A stretch of 32,000 nucleotides of DNA from Zygophlyctis sp. KS116 (lineage: Eukaryota; Fungi; Chytridiomycota): NCBI GenBank assembly GCA_054661495.1, contig BAAFSQ010000093.1, positions 3,299 to 35,298 of the forward strand. The letters are read 5' to 3'. Under the pieces are notes generated by a model, which was not told the origin of the DNA, did no database searches, and saw nothing but the letters and a program-made list of their open reading frames with translations. Below are positions 31,893 to 32,000 of this stretch, in pieces; position 1 is the stretch's first letter, and each line of letters starts with the position of its first letter. The position numbers were made by a program, and so were the translations under genes.

Positions 31893-32000
31893 CTAATTGC
31901 AAGCATTTGCCCAAATTCCAAGAGGAGCTCCCATCTTTAGTAACTTCCGCTTGATGTTTCTTGCACGATCTTTGAGATTGACATTGGTTCTGCGCACTAA
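31893..32000 (-). CDS. 3' end of a Tbf1/Taz1-like telobox Myb protein (partial)
   Basis: LVRRTNVNLKDRARNIKRKLLKMGAPLGIWANACN-stop matches the telobox pattern RTxVxLKDxARN. Confidence 0.8.
   Translation of the reverse strand, partial: LVRRTNVNLKDRARNIKRKLLKMGAPLGIWANACN

Overview
AT-rich, very compact eukaryotic DNA, most likely from a zoosporic fungus (chytrid). The basis is fungal-type Nhp10, Sqs1 and Tbf1/Taz1-like genes, the flagellar gene TPGS2 and a plant-type LRR protein. I read about 27 protein genes. Nearly all introns are tiny GT-AG introns of 21-32 nt, so the ORF track breaks most genes into pieces. Many intergenic gaps are 1-50 nt, and two convergent pairs overlap at their stop codons. 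Housekeeping genes include a patatin lipase, ING, Rab8/Sec4, ClpP, a USP, Nhp10, NDUFA9, ACMSD, TPGS2, U2B''/SNF, two R3H/G-patch genes, a Tim17-family gene, CNNM, CIA1 and a frameshifted Prp43, plus tRNA-Met. Highlights: (1) a spliced ~1018-aa fusion of a nucleotide-sugar-transporter-like domain, a catalytically degenerate NDP-sugar epimerase and a GT77-like glycosyltransferase; (2) an SBP2-like L7Ae/ankyrin fusion directly upstream of an intron-hosted cluster of three snoRNAs (snR55-like, snR61-like, one H/ACA) with abutting AG|GT splice sites; (3) a CBM48 protein with three PxIxIT calcineurin-docking motifs; (4) a secreted two-repeat Cys-rich precursor with a Kex2 site; (5) tRNA-Met with G8/C14 in place of U8/A14. 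All family calls come from motif recognition by eye. No searches were run.
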